A stretch of 64,000 nucleotides of DNA from Flavobacteriales bacterium (GTDB lineage Bacteria; Bacteroidota; Bacteroidia; Flavobacteriales_F; PHOS-HE28), in NCBI GenBank assembly GCA_041391845.1, contig JAWKNG010000003.1, positions 235,053-299,052 on the forward strand, in the 5' to 3' direction. A model generated the notes under the pieces. The model made no database searches. It saw only the letters and a program-made list of their open reading frames with translations, and was not told where the DNA came from. Below are positions 22,566-31,804 of this stretch, in pieces. Made by a program: the position numbers and the translations under genes. The stretch's first letter is position 1; each line of letters begins with the position of its first letter.

Positions 22566-24003
22566 TGTGCGCCAGTTCCTTCAGGGCCCGCTTGTCCACC
22601 TTGCCGTTGGGGTTCAGCGGGAAACGCTCCAGCACGCGGATGGCTTCGGGCATCATGTACGATGGCAGCCGTTCGCGCAGTGCATGCAGGAGCGCCACCG
22701 CATCGGCAGGCCCGTCGATAAAGGTAACCAGGCGCATCGCTCCACTCCGATCCACAGCCACGGTGACCGACGTGCAGCCCTGCAATAGTGGATGCAGCAC
22801 GTGGTCCACCTCGGACGGCTCCACCCGATGCCCCTGCACCTTCACCTGATCGTCCATGCGCCCCAGGAAGTGGTAGATGCCCGAGGGATCGCAACGCACC
22901 CGATCGCCCGTGGCATACCACATGGTGTCACCGTTCGATCCACGCATGAAGTTCGTTCGCGCAGCGGGATCGCCCAGGTAACCCTCCGTCACCTGCGGGC
23001 CGCCCAAGATCAATTCCCCCTCCGTTCCACCGCCGTTCACCTTGGCGGTGCTGCCCGCGAACGGCCGGCCGATGGGTACGGTCCCGGATGCGGGATATGG
23101 CGGCTCAACGACCTGTTCGAATACGGCAATGGTGGCTTCGGTGGGACCGTACAAGTTGGTGATGCTGCTGTTGATGGCGGCTTGTGACCAGCGTTGCACC
23201 TGATCCCAACGCAGGGCCTCGCCACAAAAGAAGCTTCGTTCGAGGTGCGGCAGTCCACCCGGCGGAAGTGCCCGCATGCGCGCCAGCAGATCGATCAACG
23301 AAGGCACCGAGAACCACGTGGTGATACCCGCCCGTTGCACATGGGCAGCGGTGCGCAGCCCTGTCGCCTCGGCGCTTACGCAGAGGCAGGCTCCGCTGCC
23401 CCAGGTCACGAACAGGTCATGCACGCTCAGGTCGAAGGCGAGGCTGAACAACTGGGTGCATCGGTCCCGTTCAGTGATGCCGAAATGCCCCAGTGCATGG
23501 GCGAGGTAAGCGGCCACGTGACGGCGCAGCACGGGTACACCTTTTGGTCCGCCCGTACTGCCCGAGGTGAACATCACATAGGCCTCACCTACGGCGTGCG
23601 CGGGATCGGCGATATCCACCGTTCGGAACGCGGTGCTGTTCCGCGCATCGAAGAGGGCGGCCACCTGTGCCCGCTGCATGACCTGCTGCCAGCGCTCGGG
23701 TGGATGGTCGGTATGGAGTGGGACGTAGGAACGGCCGCTGCGCAGGATGCCTAGCAGGGCTGCGTAGGTGTCCGCATGGCGTTGACCCACGAGCGCAACG
23801 CGTGCACCAGGCGGCAAGGTCGCATCACAGGCGCTTGCATACTGATCCGCCGCCGCAGAGAGTTGCCCGTAGCTCAGCACGGCTCCGTCGATGTCCAAGG
23901 CAGGACGCGATGGCCACACGGCCACTGCGCGATCGAAGACCGCGATCGGGTCTGTGGAGGGATGCAACACGTTCACTGCCGGGGAAGGACGCCCATGCTG
24001 CAA
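22558..24003 (-). CDS. AMP-dependent synthetase/ligase (adenylation enzyme, DltA/acyl-CoA-synthetase-like)
   Basis: It has the AMP-binding motif YVMFTSGSTGGPKGV, a YGPTE motif, and C-terminal GDRVR...GRMDDQVKVQG. Confidence 0.8.
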   Translation of the reverse strand: MQHGRPSPAVNVLHPSTDPIAVFDRAVAVWPSRPALDIDGAVLSYGQLSAAADQYASACDATLPPGARVALVGQRHADTYAALLGILRSGRSYVPLHTDHPPERWQQVMQRAQVAALFDARNSTAFRTVDIADPAHAVGEAYVMFTSGSTGGPKGVPVLRRHVAAYLAHALGHFGITERDRCTQLFSLAFDLSVHDLFVTWGSGACLCVSAEATGLRTAAHVQRAGITTWFSVPSLIDLLARMRALPPGGLPHLERSFFCGEALRWDQVQRWSQAAINSSITNLYGPTEATIAVFEQVVEPPYPASGTVPIGRPFAGSTAKVNGGGTEGELILGGPQVTEGYLGDPAARTNFMRGSNGDTMWYATGDRVRCDPSGIYHFLGRMDDQVKVQGHRVEPSEVDHVLHPLLQGCTSVTVAVDRSGAMRLVTFIDGPADAVALLHALRERLPSYMMPEAIRVLERFPLNPNGKVDKRALKELAHNG

Positions 24004-25148
24004 AGCAAGGCATCAGCGAGGTACTTCTGCGCCCAGTTGGGACACGCGAACTTCTCGTAGCGGCCCCACAGTGGGAACGATCCGGTGACCGCACCACGGC
24101 CGCCCAAGGGGCCGCACATGCCCAGGGCTTGAACCTGCACCAACCAGCGTAGCATGCCTTCCGCGGCCTCCTTGTAACGGGCTTCTCCTGTGATGGCATG
24201 CAAGCGCCACCAAGCGACGCTCAATTGCGCACAACCCGTGGTGATCGCGGCTTCCGAGCCACGCCATGCGTTGTCGTAGCGGCCGTGCAGGGCACCTTCC
24301 TGCAGGAAGCGGTCCCGCAAGGGGTCAGCTGCACGCTGCGCGGCACGCAGGAGTTCTTCGCCACCCAAGCGCACGTAGCTCTCCAAGAGCCCATCGATGG
24401 TGTAGGCGATGGTATGCGTGATTGGCCGGTCGTTGTGGCGGATGGTGTTGTCCGCATCCGAGAACCACCCGTTCTCCTGTTGCCTGCCGAGCACCCAGCG
24501 CAAGTTGCGTTGGGCGGCTTCGGCATAGCGGGGCTCGCCGCTCACTTGCGCCAACGCCAGCAAGGGCGCATCCACGTAGGCGTCGTAGACCCGCGCCACG
24601 CCGAGGAAGTTGTGCGTGGCCCAGGTGCCATCATCCTCCTGCACCGCGCAGATGCGATCACCGGCGCGGCAAGCGGCTGCAAGGAATCGTGCATCGCTGG
24701 TGGATGCATGCATCGCGAGCATCCCGCGTATCACCTGAGCGGTATTGAACACCACCTCACCGCGATCCTCTCCCACCCTGCCGCCCTGCCATCCCCCGGA
24801 TGGAAGCTGGATCCTCAGCAGCAGCTCAGCGCTGCGCGCAGCTTCATCGACCAGCGCCGGCCGCTGAATTACGGGCGCCGCAGCCAGCAAGGTGGGAATG
24901 ATGTAGCCTGTGGTCTCAGGATAGGTACGACCATATCCGTGCACCAAATGGAAGCTGCCAAATCCTCCATCACCACTGGCCTCCTGGCAACACAACAGAT
25001 GGTCGATCACCAGACCGAGCGCCGTGTGCTTGTCCGGCACCTGTGCGGGCATCTCATTCCGGGCATGGGACACCACCAAGCGACGCAAGGATGCATCGCC
25101 TGCGGCGCGCAACGCATACCGGCCATATTGCATCAGGGAGCGTATCAC
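23973..25148 (-). CDS. Prenyltransferase / squalene-oxidase-repeat (alpha/alpha toroid) protein
   Basis: It has repeated Q-x2-(D/S/N)GGW-type PFTB motifs (QLPSGGWQGG, QEDDGTWATH, QQENGWFSDA). Confidence 0.45.
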   Translation of the reverse strand: MIRSLMQYGRYALRAAGDASLRRLVVSHARNEMPAQVPDKHTALGLVIDHLLCCQEASGDGGFGSFHLVHGYGRTYPETTGYIIPTLLAAAPVIQRPALVDEAARSAELLLRIQLPSGGWQGGRVGEDRGEVVFNTAQVIRGMLAMHASTSDARFLAAACRAGDRICAVQEDDGTWATHNFLGVARVYDAYVDAPLLALAQVSGEPRYAEAAQRNLRWVLGRQQENGWFSDADNTIRHNDRPITHTIAYTIDGLLESYVRLGGEELLRAAQRAADPLRDRFLQEGALHGRYDNAWRGSEAAITTGCAQLSVAWWRLHAITGEARYKEAAEGMLRWLVQVQALGMCGPLGGRGAVTGSFPLWGRYEKFACPNWAQKYLADALLCSMGVLPRQ

Positions 25149-26299
25149 CAGTATCGGAGCAAATGTTCGCAGATGGTCTCCGCAGCGTGCCCATCGCCAA
25201 AAAGCGGCTCACCGCTGGGTATCCCGTGATCCAGGAGGTGTGTCGATGCTGCCAGTATCCGCTCCGGATCGGTGTCGGCCAGCATGGCCTGTCCACCGGC
25301 CACCAGCTCCACCCACTCGGTGTTGGGTCGCAGGATCACGCAAGGTCGTCCAAAGAAATAGGCCTCCTTCTGAACACCACCACTGTCGGTCAATACCAGC
25401 GCGGCGCTCTTCTCCAGGGCGATCATGTCGAGGAAGCCCACCGGTGGTAGCAGGTGGATGCCAGCAGCACGCTGCAATGCAAGCCGCTCCTCGGCAGGCA
25501 GCAGGGCCTCCATTTGTCTCCGTGCGCGGGGATGCATGGGCCATACCAGTGCAATGCCCTGGCTGGCGTGGAGTTCAAGGAAACCCTGCACGAGGTTGCG
25601 CAAACGCTCCGGATCATCCGTGTTGTGATCGCGGTGCACGGTGATGAGCGCGTAGGGCCTGCCTTCCAGACCCCGTTCCGCCAGCAAGGTGGAACGCTGC
25701 CCGGCAAGGGCTGAGAAGTGCAGGCTGTTGTCGTACATCACATCACCGCAAGCCACGACGTGGGGGGCGTTGATTCCCGGCGGCTGCGACGCATCCGCAA
25801 GGAAGCCTTCGCGCATCAGGTTGTCCACAGCGGAGCGCGTGGGGCAGAACAGCCAGGTACTGCAATGGTCGACGATGATGCGGTTCACCTCTTCAGGCAT
25901 GCGCTTGTCGAAGGAGCGCAGGCCGGCCTCCACATGGGCGATCGGGATACGCAGTTTGGCAGCCGCCAGTGCTCCCGCAAGTGTGCTGTTGGTATCACCA
26001 TAGACAAGCACCATATCGTGGACGCCGCGGAGCAATTCGCGCTCGATGCCCTGGAGCATGCGCGCGGTGGTGTCGCCATGGCTTCCACTGCCCACCGCCA
26101 GCTGCACGGCAGCCTCCGGAATGCCCAGCTCATCATGGAAGACCTGGCTCATGCCTTGGTCGTAATGCTGGCCGGTATGCAACAACGTCTCCCGTATGCG
26201 ACCGGCGAACGGCCCGGCGACCGCCCGGCTCAGCGCGGCCGCCTTGATGATCTGCGGGCGGGCACCGATGATGCTCAGGATGCGGAGCGGTCGGTCCAT
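25145..26299 (-). CDS. wecB: UDP-N-acetylglucosamine 2-epimerase (non-hydrolysing)
   Basis: It has N-terminal ILSIIGARPQIIK and HVEAGLRSFD...PEEVNR active-site motifs. Confidence 0.85.
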   Translation of the reverse strand: MDRPLRILSIIGARPQIIKAAALSRAVAGPFAGRIRETLLHTGQHYDQGMSQVFHDELGIPEAAVQLAVGSGSHGDTTARMLQGIERELLRGVHDMVLVYGDTNSTLAGALAAAKLRIPIAHVEAGLRSFDKRMPEEVNRIIVDHCSTWLFCPTRSAVDNLMREGFLADASQPPGINAPHVVACGDVMYDNSLHFSALAGQRSTLLAERGLEGRPYALITVHRDHNTDDPERLRNLVQGFLELHASQGIALVWPMHPRARRQMEALLPAEERLALQRAAGIHLLPPVGFLDMIALEKSAALVLTDSGGVQKEAYFFGRPCVILRPNTEWVELVAGGQAMLADTDPERILAASTHLLDHGIPSGEPLFGDGHAAETICEHLLRYW

Positions 26300-26302
26300 G
26301 GG

Positions 26303-27046
26303 TCAGTGGAGCATCCCGTTGTCCGCGAAGCTGTAGTAGCCTTGGTCGGTGACGATGAGGTGGTCATGCACGAGGATGTCCAGGAGCCTGCCCCCCTCCA
26401 CCAGCTTGCGGGTGAGGCGGATGTCCTCCTCGCTGGGGCGGAGCTGTCCGCTGGGATGGTTGTGGCAAAGCACGATGCTGGAAGCGCGCCGGTCAAGGGC
26501 CTCCTTGAAGATGACCTTGGGGTCGGCCACGGTACCGTGCATCCCCCCGCGGCTCACATGGCACCGGTCAAGCAGCCGGTTGCCCCGGTCCAGGGCGATG
26601 ATCCAGAATTCCTCGTGTGAAAGGTCCGTGAAGAGGGGCCTCACCAGCTCGAACGCCGATGCACTGGTGGTGACACCCGGACGCTCGGCAGGCTCTGCGG
26701 CCTTGCGGCGGCGGCCCAACTCCAACGCGGCCACGATCCCGATCGCCTTCGCCTCACCCATGCCCTTGAAGCGGGTGAGGTCACCCAGGCTTAAGCGCCC
26801 CAACTTGTGCAGATCATCACCTGCGCGCTGCAGAATGGCACGGGACAGATCGAGCGCCGTCTGGGTCGTGCTGCCCGAACGGATGAGGATGGCGAGCAGT
26901 TCAGCGTTGGATAGGGCACCGGGGCCCAGTCGCATCAACTTCTCGCGCGGTCGGTCATCCTCGGACCAATCCCGGATGCTCCGACGTGACGTGTGCGGCT
27001 CCTGGATCTCCGCGCCGCTCTCAGGGTTGTTTCGCGTAGTGGCCAT
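26303..27046 (-). CDS. radC: RadC-family JAB/MPN-domain protein
   Basis: It has a helix-hairpin-helix N-terminus and the JAMM motif HNHPSG...SEEDIRLT. Confidence 0.8.
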   Translation of the reverse strand: MATTRNNPESGAEIQEPHTSRRSIRDWSEDDRPREKLMRLGPGALSNAELLAILIRSGSTTQTALDLSRAILQRAGDDLHKLGRLSLGDLTRFKGMGEAKAIGIVAALELGRRRKAAEPAERPGVTTSASAFELVRPLFTDLSHEEFWIIALDRGNRLLDRCHVSRGGMHGTVADPKVIFKEALDRRASSIVLCHNHPSGQLRPSEEDIRLTRKLVEGGRLLDILVHDHLIVTDQGYYSFADNGMLH

Positions 27047-27049
27047 GAA

Positions 27050-27080
27050 AATGGAACAGGTCCCCGAAAGGACCTGTCCA
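27050..27080 (-). terminator. Intrinsic terminator of rpsT: 8-bp perfect stem ACAGGTCC/GGACCTGT followed by a T-rich tract on the minus strand
   Basis: Read directly from the sequence, immediately 3' of rpsT. Confidence 0.6.
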
Positions 27081-27099
27081 AAGTAAGGCTATGATGGGC

Positions 27100-27354
27100 T
27101 CACTTCAGGCCGTTCACGTGGGTGGTCACGGACGACTTGAGGTTGGCGGCCTTGTTCTTGTGGATGACGTTGCGCTTCACCAGCTTGTCCAACATGGAGG
27201 ACACTTCAGGAAGGAGCTTCTCGGCCTCCTTCTTATCCGTGGTGCCACGCAGCTTGCGCACGGCATTACGCGTGGTCTTGTGCTGGTAACGGTTGCGCTC
27301 GTTGCGGGTCTCGGTCTGTCGGACACGCTTCAGGGCAGACTTGTGATTGGCCAT
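27100..27354 (-). CDS. rpsT: 30S ribosomal protein S20
   Basis: The N-terminus [13 protein letters not shown] is canonical for S20. Confidence 0.85.
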   Translation of the reverse strand: MANHKSALKRVRQTETRNERNRYQHKTTRNAVRKLRGTTDKKEAEKLLPEVSSMLDKLVKRNVIHKNKAANLKSSVTTHVNGLK

Positions 27355-27450
27355 GTCTTGGAATGTTCCTTCCCCCGAAAGGGACGGCAAATATAGTACT
27401 CTTTCGCTTGCACAAGGACCGGTCGAAAAAAGATCCCTCCCCCAAGGCGC

Positions 27451-28620
27451 TCAATAGGCCTTCTCGTCCTTGCCGAACATGTTGGTCACGGTCTTCACCA
27501 CGATCTTCAGGTCAAGGAGGAAGGACCAGTTCTCAAGGTACCAGACGTCCAGCTCCACCCGCTTCTCCATGAGCTCGGGGGTCTGGGTCTCGCCCCGCAT
27601 GCCGTTCACCTGAGCCCAGCCTGTGATACCCGGCCGAACGAAGTGCCGCACCATGTACTTGTCAATGATGTCGCGATACTGGTCATTGAGGCGCAGGGGG
27701 TGCGGACGCGGACCCACCACGCTCATTTGTCCCATGAGCACGTTGAAGAACTGCGGCATCTCGTCCAAGTTGCTCTTGCGCAGGAACTTACCTACCGCCG
27801 TAACGCGCGGGTCGTTCTTGGTGGCCTGTTTGCTGTCCGCCTCTTTGTTCATGCGCATGCTGCGGAACTTCCAGCATACGAACTCCTCGTTGTCCTTGCC
27901 CAATCGCTTCTGTTGGAAGAAGACCGGGCCGCGCGATGAGAGCTTCACCAAGAGTGCCAGGATGGGGAACAACCAGCTGAAAATGAAGACGATGACACCG
28001 AACGAGAAGACGATGTCGAAGGCCCGCTTGAGACGGCGGTTGCCCGCATCGTCCAAGGGCTCGTGACGGATCTTGCTGACGGGTACTGCTCCGTGGAACT
28101 CAAGTCCGGAGGTCTTTACCACCGGAATGAAGCTGTCGGCGCTGGGGATGACCCGGAACCGGATCGTATTACGCTCGCAGAACTCCATCAGGTCGGTGAT
28201 ATCCGATCGGCGCGTGCCCGGCAGCGCGCAGTACACGATATCGATGCGGTTCTGGATGGCATAGGCCTTCGCAGCTTCCACATCACCCAATTGGCGTGCG
28301 CCAAGCGGCCCATCGATGGGGGTGTCGTTGAACACACCACAAAAACGATAGCCACGTACCGTCTGGTCCTCGCAATACTGGAATATCTCCTCCGCCGCAG
28401 GACCATCACCCACGATGATCAGGTCCTTGACGGTGGTCAAGGGTTCCAGGGTGAGGACTTTGTTCAATCCGGACTGCACGTTGTGAAGCGCTCGACGCGA
28501 GCGCAGCAAGGTAGCGAGTTCACCGCTGAGGTCCGTCGTTCCCGCGATGCGACCTGCGGTCACCGCGACCTTTTCCGTAGCGCTCGTACTATCCATGCTG
28601 AAAGGAATGATCGTTCTCAC
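27451..28620 (-). CDS. Undecaprenyl-phosphate sugar phosphotransferase (initiating transferase, WbaP/WcaJ-like bacterial sugar transferase)
   Basis: The C-terminal domain has KRAFDIVFS, FRSMR, DEMPQF and GITGWAQVNG motifs. Confidence 0.85.
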   Translation of the reverse strand: MRTIIPFSMDSTSATEKVAVTAGRIAGTTDLSGELATLLRSRRALHNVQSGLNKVLTLEPLTTVKDLIIVGDGPAAEEIFQYCEDQTVRGYRFCGVFNDTPIDGPLGARQLGDVEAAKAYAIQNRIDIVYCALPGTRRSDITDLMEFCERNTIRFRVIPSADSFIPVVKTSGLEFHGAVPVSKIRHEPLDDAGNRRLKRAFDIVFSFGVIVFIFSWLFPILALLVKLSSRGPVFFQQKRLGKDNEEFVCWKFRSMRMNKEADSKQATKNDPRVTAVGKFLRKSNLDEMPQFFNVLMGQMSVVGPRPHPLRLNDQYRDIIDKYMVRHFVRPGITGWAQVNGMRGETQTPELMEKRVELDVWYLENWSFLLDLKIVVKTVTNMFGKDEKAY

Positions 28621-28718
28621 TGCCTCGTTCGTTCAAGGAGGTCAAATGTACCCCGGGCGGATGCCGATGTCAAGCTCGTCGATGATTTTTTAATATTCGT
28701 CGAATACATCCTGGGGTT

Positions 28719-29483
28719 TCACCTCCTCCGCGAACCCCTCCAGCATGCCTTCAGGTATAGGACGATGAACTGCGTATTGGTCACCAGGTACCGCTTCCAC
28801 AACCGTCGTGGTTCCAAAAGGAAGCGATAGGCCCATTCCAAAGAAAGGTCGCGCATCCACTTCGGCGCGCGGGTGTCGATACCAGCATACAGCAGGAAGG
28901 CTCCACCCAAGCCGAGCATCACCCCGTTCACACGGCCCTTCATGGCGGCCATCCAGCGCTCCTGCTTGGGGCATCCCAGCGACACCATGATCACCTGTGC
29001 CCCCGTGGCCTCGATGCGGGCCGCTTCCGCCGCCAGGTCCATTGCAGCGAGCGGTGCGAAGGGCGGGGCATACAGGCCAGCGATACGCAGCTGCGGCCAT
29101 TCCTTATGGGCGCGTTCCTGGATGCGGCGGAGGGTATCCTCCGAGCCACCGTAGAAGTAGACCGAAAGGCCATCCTGTGCACACCGTTGGATGAGCGCCG
29201 GCATCAGGTCATTGCCGGCCACGCGCTCCTGCTGCAGGCCATGGACGCTGTTGAGCACCTTCAGCACCGGCATGCCATCGGCCGTTGCCAGGTCGGCCCC
29301 GTCGACCACCGCTGCAAAGTCGGGCGCCTTGCATTCCACGGTCATGTGCGCGTTCACGCAGCATACGTATGCCGACCGACGTGCCTTCGCGGCCTCAGCG
29401 ATCACCCGCAGGTGCTCGGCGAAGCTGCCCACGCTGATGTGCGTGGTAAGCATGCGGCGTTTCGGAAGCAGTCCCTGGTTCAT
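28719..29483 (-). CDS. WecB/TagA/CpsF-family glycosyltransferase (N-acetylmannosaminyl/glucosyl transferase)
   Basis: It has the family-typical VSLGCPKQERWM...EWAYRF pattern. Confidence 0.8.
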   Translation of the reverse strand: MNQGLLPKRRMLTTHISVGSFAEHLRVIAEAAKARRSAYVCCVNAHMTVECKAPDFAAVVDGADLATADGMPVLKVLNSVHGLQQERVAGNDLMPALIQRCAQDGLSVYFYGGSEDTLRRIQERAHKEWPQLRIAGLYAPPFAPLAAMDLAAEAARIEATGAQVIMVSLGCPKQERWMAAMKGRVNGVMLGLGGAFLLYAGIDTRAPKWMRDLSLEWAYRFLLEPRRLWKRYLVTNTQFIVLYLKACWRGSRRR

Positions 29484-30508
29484 GCCTTGACCGCTCGGGG
29501 TTCACGCACATCGATGCGCGTGGGCTTCACGATGCGCTCGCTGCCGTTGTCGTACCACTTCACCATCTCCTTCACGCCCGCCTCGATGCTCCATGGCGCC
29601 TCGCCCAAGGCATCGATGGTTCGGTCCATCGGGGTGATATAGTCGCTGGTCATGCTCCGGAAGCGACCGCTGGTGATGGGGAATGGCAGGCCGACCGCCT
29701 TCAGCACATCCCCGCACACCGCCAGTCCACGAATAAGAACGGTGGGTATGTACCGAACTGGCTTCCCGGTGAGCTCCTTGGAGACCACCTCCACCCACTC
29801 CTTCAGGTCGAAGGGCTGATCGCCCACGTAGAACACACGCTGGTCCACCACTTCGCGCGGTACCGTGAGCATGCGGTGGACCTGCCAGACCACATTGCCC
29901 ACATAGCCATAGGAGCGAATGACCCGGCCCTTGCCCGGGTGGAAGTACAGGCCCTTGCGCATCACTTTGAACATCACATCGCGGTAGCGCAGGCTCCACG
30001 GGCCCCAGATGGTGGTGGGCCTGATCAAGGTCCAGCTGCACGTCAGACCGGCCTCGCGAGTGATCATCTCGGTGCGCCGCTTCGATTCGCCATAGACCGT
30101 GAATGGCTTGAAGTCGAGGTCGTGCTTCGGCTGGTAGCCCGCTTCGCACACGAACTGGGTGCTGGTGACGATGATGCGCTCCACCGACGGGCAGCGCTTC
30201 ACCACCTCGAGCAGGATGCGGGTGCCTTCGTGGTTCTGGCGGTAGGCATCCACGTCGGCGGGCTCATCGGTATCGGTGCGGGCCGCGAAGTGCACCACAT
30301 GCGTGGGCTTGAAGGCATCGAAGGCGGCCTGAACGGCGGCCTGGTCCATGATGTCCACCTCCTTCCACCAGCCCCGCTGACCGGGATCCAAAGGCGGATT
30401 CCAATCGATGTTCAGCAGGGTGGCACCTTGCGCGGCCTCGAAGGCCATGAAGTTGGTGCCGATGAACCCTGAACCGCCGGTGACCAGTATCCTCATCGTT
30501 GCATTCAA
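29480..30508 (-). CDS. NAD-dependent epimerase/dehydratase family protein
   Basis: It has an N-terminal Rossmann VTGGSGFIG motif and a YxxxK pattern. Confidence 0.8.
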   Translation of the reverse strand: MNATMRILVTGGSGFIGTNFMAFEAAQGATLLNIDWNPPLDPGQRGWWKEVDIMDQAAVQAAFDAFKPTHVVHFAARTDTDEPADVDAYRQNHEGTRILLEVVKRCPSVERIIVTSTQFVCEAGYQPKHDLDFKPFTVYGESKRRTEMITREAGLTCSWTLIRPTTIWGPWSLRYRDVMFKVMRKGLYFHPGKGRVIRSYGYVGNVVWQVHRMLTVPREVVDQRVFYVGDQPFDLKEWVEVVSKELTGKPVRYIPTVLIRGLAVCGDVLKAVGLPFPITSGRFRSMTSDYITPMDRTIDALGEAPWSIEAGVKEMVKWYDNGSERIVKPTRIDVREPRAVKA

Positions 30509-30511
30509 TGT

Positions 30512-31630
30512 TCAGCACACGGACAGCAATGCCCGTTCCATGTTCCGGTGAAAGGCTTCCAACGTAAGATCCTGCAGAAAGATGCGCCGCCCCTCTGCTC
30601 CCATGCGCCGGCGTAGCTCCGGATCACGGGCAAGACGTTCGAGCTCCACAGCCACCGCAGCGGGGTCCTCGACCGGTACCAGGAAGCCGTTGACACCGTC
30701 CTGCACCACGGATGGAATGCCGCGCCAACGCGTGCTCACCACCGGCTTGGCGAACTGCATCGCCTCCACCAGCACCAGCCCAAAGCTCTCCGCCTCGAAG
30801 TGGGATGGAAAACAGAATATGTCGCACGCGGCGAAGTGAGCGAACTTGTCAAGGTCCTTGCGCACACCGAGGAACTCTACGCGTCCGGGCCCCAACTGAG
30901 CAGCGAAGTCCTGGCACCGCGCAGCGAAATCCACGTCGCCCCACTTGCCCATGAGCTGCAGGCGTGCATCCACGCCCCGGCCCAGCAGCTGCTGGAAGGC
31001 CTGCAACAGCACCCATACGCCCTTGGAAGGGATGAGCACGCCGGTGAAGAGTATCGTGAGCGGTTCACCGGGCGCGGCGGTCCGCTCTGCCACCTTCCCA
31101 CGCATGTCGGGGATGCCATTGGGCACCACTACATCCTGCACCGCACCGAACGCCGCACCATCGGGCGGGTTCTGTGGTGCGGTGCGAATGGCGAGCGCAG
31201 GCCGATGATAGGCATAGCGGTAGAAGGGCCGTAGCACACCCGGCAGCTGAGGGCCGAAGGTGGAGACACCACCGGCGTGGAAATGGAACACCACGCTGCG
31301 GAAGAGCCAGCGCGTGGTGCAGAGCAGCACGATGTCCCGCAGCACGGGCACCTTGTTGGGGCCGCTGGGCGGGTAGTAGAGAACGGGCGTGCCGTGACGG
31401 AAGCGCGCCACCCAAATGCGAAGGATGGTGGTGAAGAGCACCCACACCTTGCGGAACGCGAACTTGCCCACGCTCTCCATGTCTTCGGAGAAGGCCATGC
31501 GCACGTGGTGGAGCACCAACTTATCAGAACGCAGCTTGAGCAGTTCGGCGATCATCACGGCCTGGCCACCGTGGGGGGGCGGTGTCTGGCCGACGACCAG
31601 GATGTGATGGGGCTTGCTTGGGTGCGGCAC
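30512..31630 (-). CDS. Glycosyltransferase family 4, apparent GTG start
   Basis: The C-terminal GT4 motif is EAESFGLVLVEAMQFAKPVVST. No in-frame ATG lies before the conserved HILVVG N-terminus. A GTG at 31630 gives MPHPSKPHHILVVG. Confidence 0.65.
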   Translation of the reverse strand: MPHPSKPHHILVVGQTPPPHGGQAVMIAELLKLRSDKLVLHHVRMAFSEDMESVGKFAFRKVWVLFTTILRIWVARFRHGTPVLYYPPSGPNKVPVLRDIVLLCTTRWLFRSVVFHFHAGGVSTFGPQLPGVLRPFYRYAYHRPALAIRTAPQNPPDGAAFGAVQDVVVPNGIPDMRGKVAERTAAPGEPLTILFTGVLIPSKGVWVLLQAFQQLLGRGVDARLQLMGKWGDVDFAARCQDFAAQLGPGRVEFLGVRKDLDKFAHFAACDIFCFPSHFEAESFGLVLVEAMQFAKPVVSTRWRGIPSVVQDGVNGFLVPVEDPAAVAVELERLARDPELRRRMGAEGRRIFLQDLTLEAFHRNMERALLSVC

Positions 31631-31804
31631 GGCCCCAAAGGTATCGGCGGTGTTCGGGGGCGTTGCAGATACCCTGGACCAGACACCAACAGTCCATCGT
31701 TCGTCGAAGCCGCACTCCGTTCGTCGGTGATAGACCCCTTTCGGTCGACATGACGCAACCGCGGTGCGGAAGGCCGGGTTCAACCGGGTCCAAAGCGACC
31801 GACC

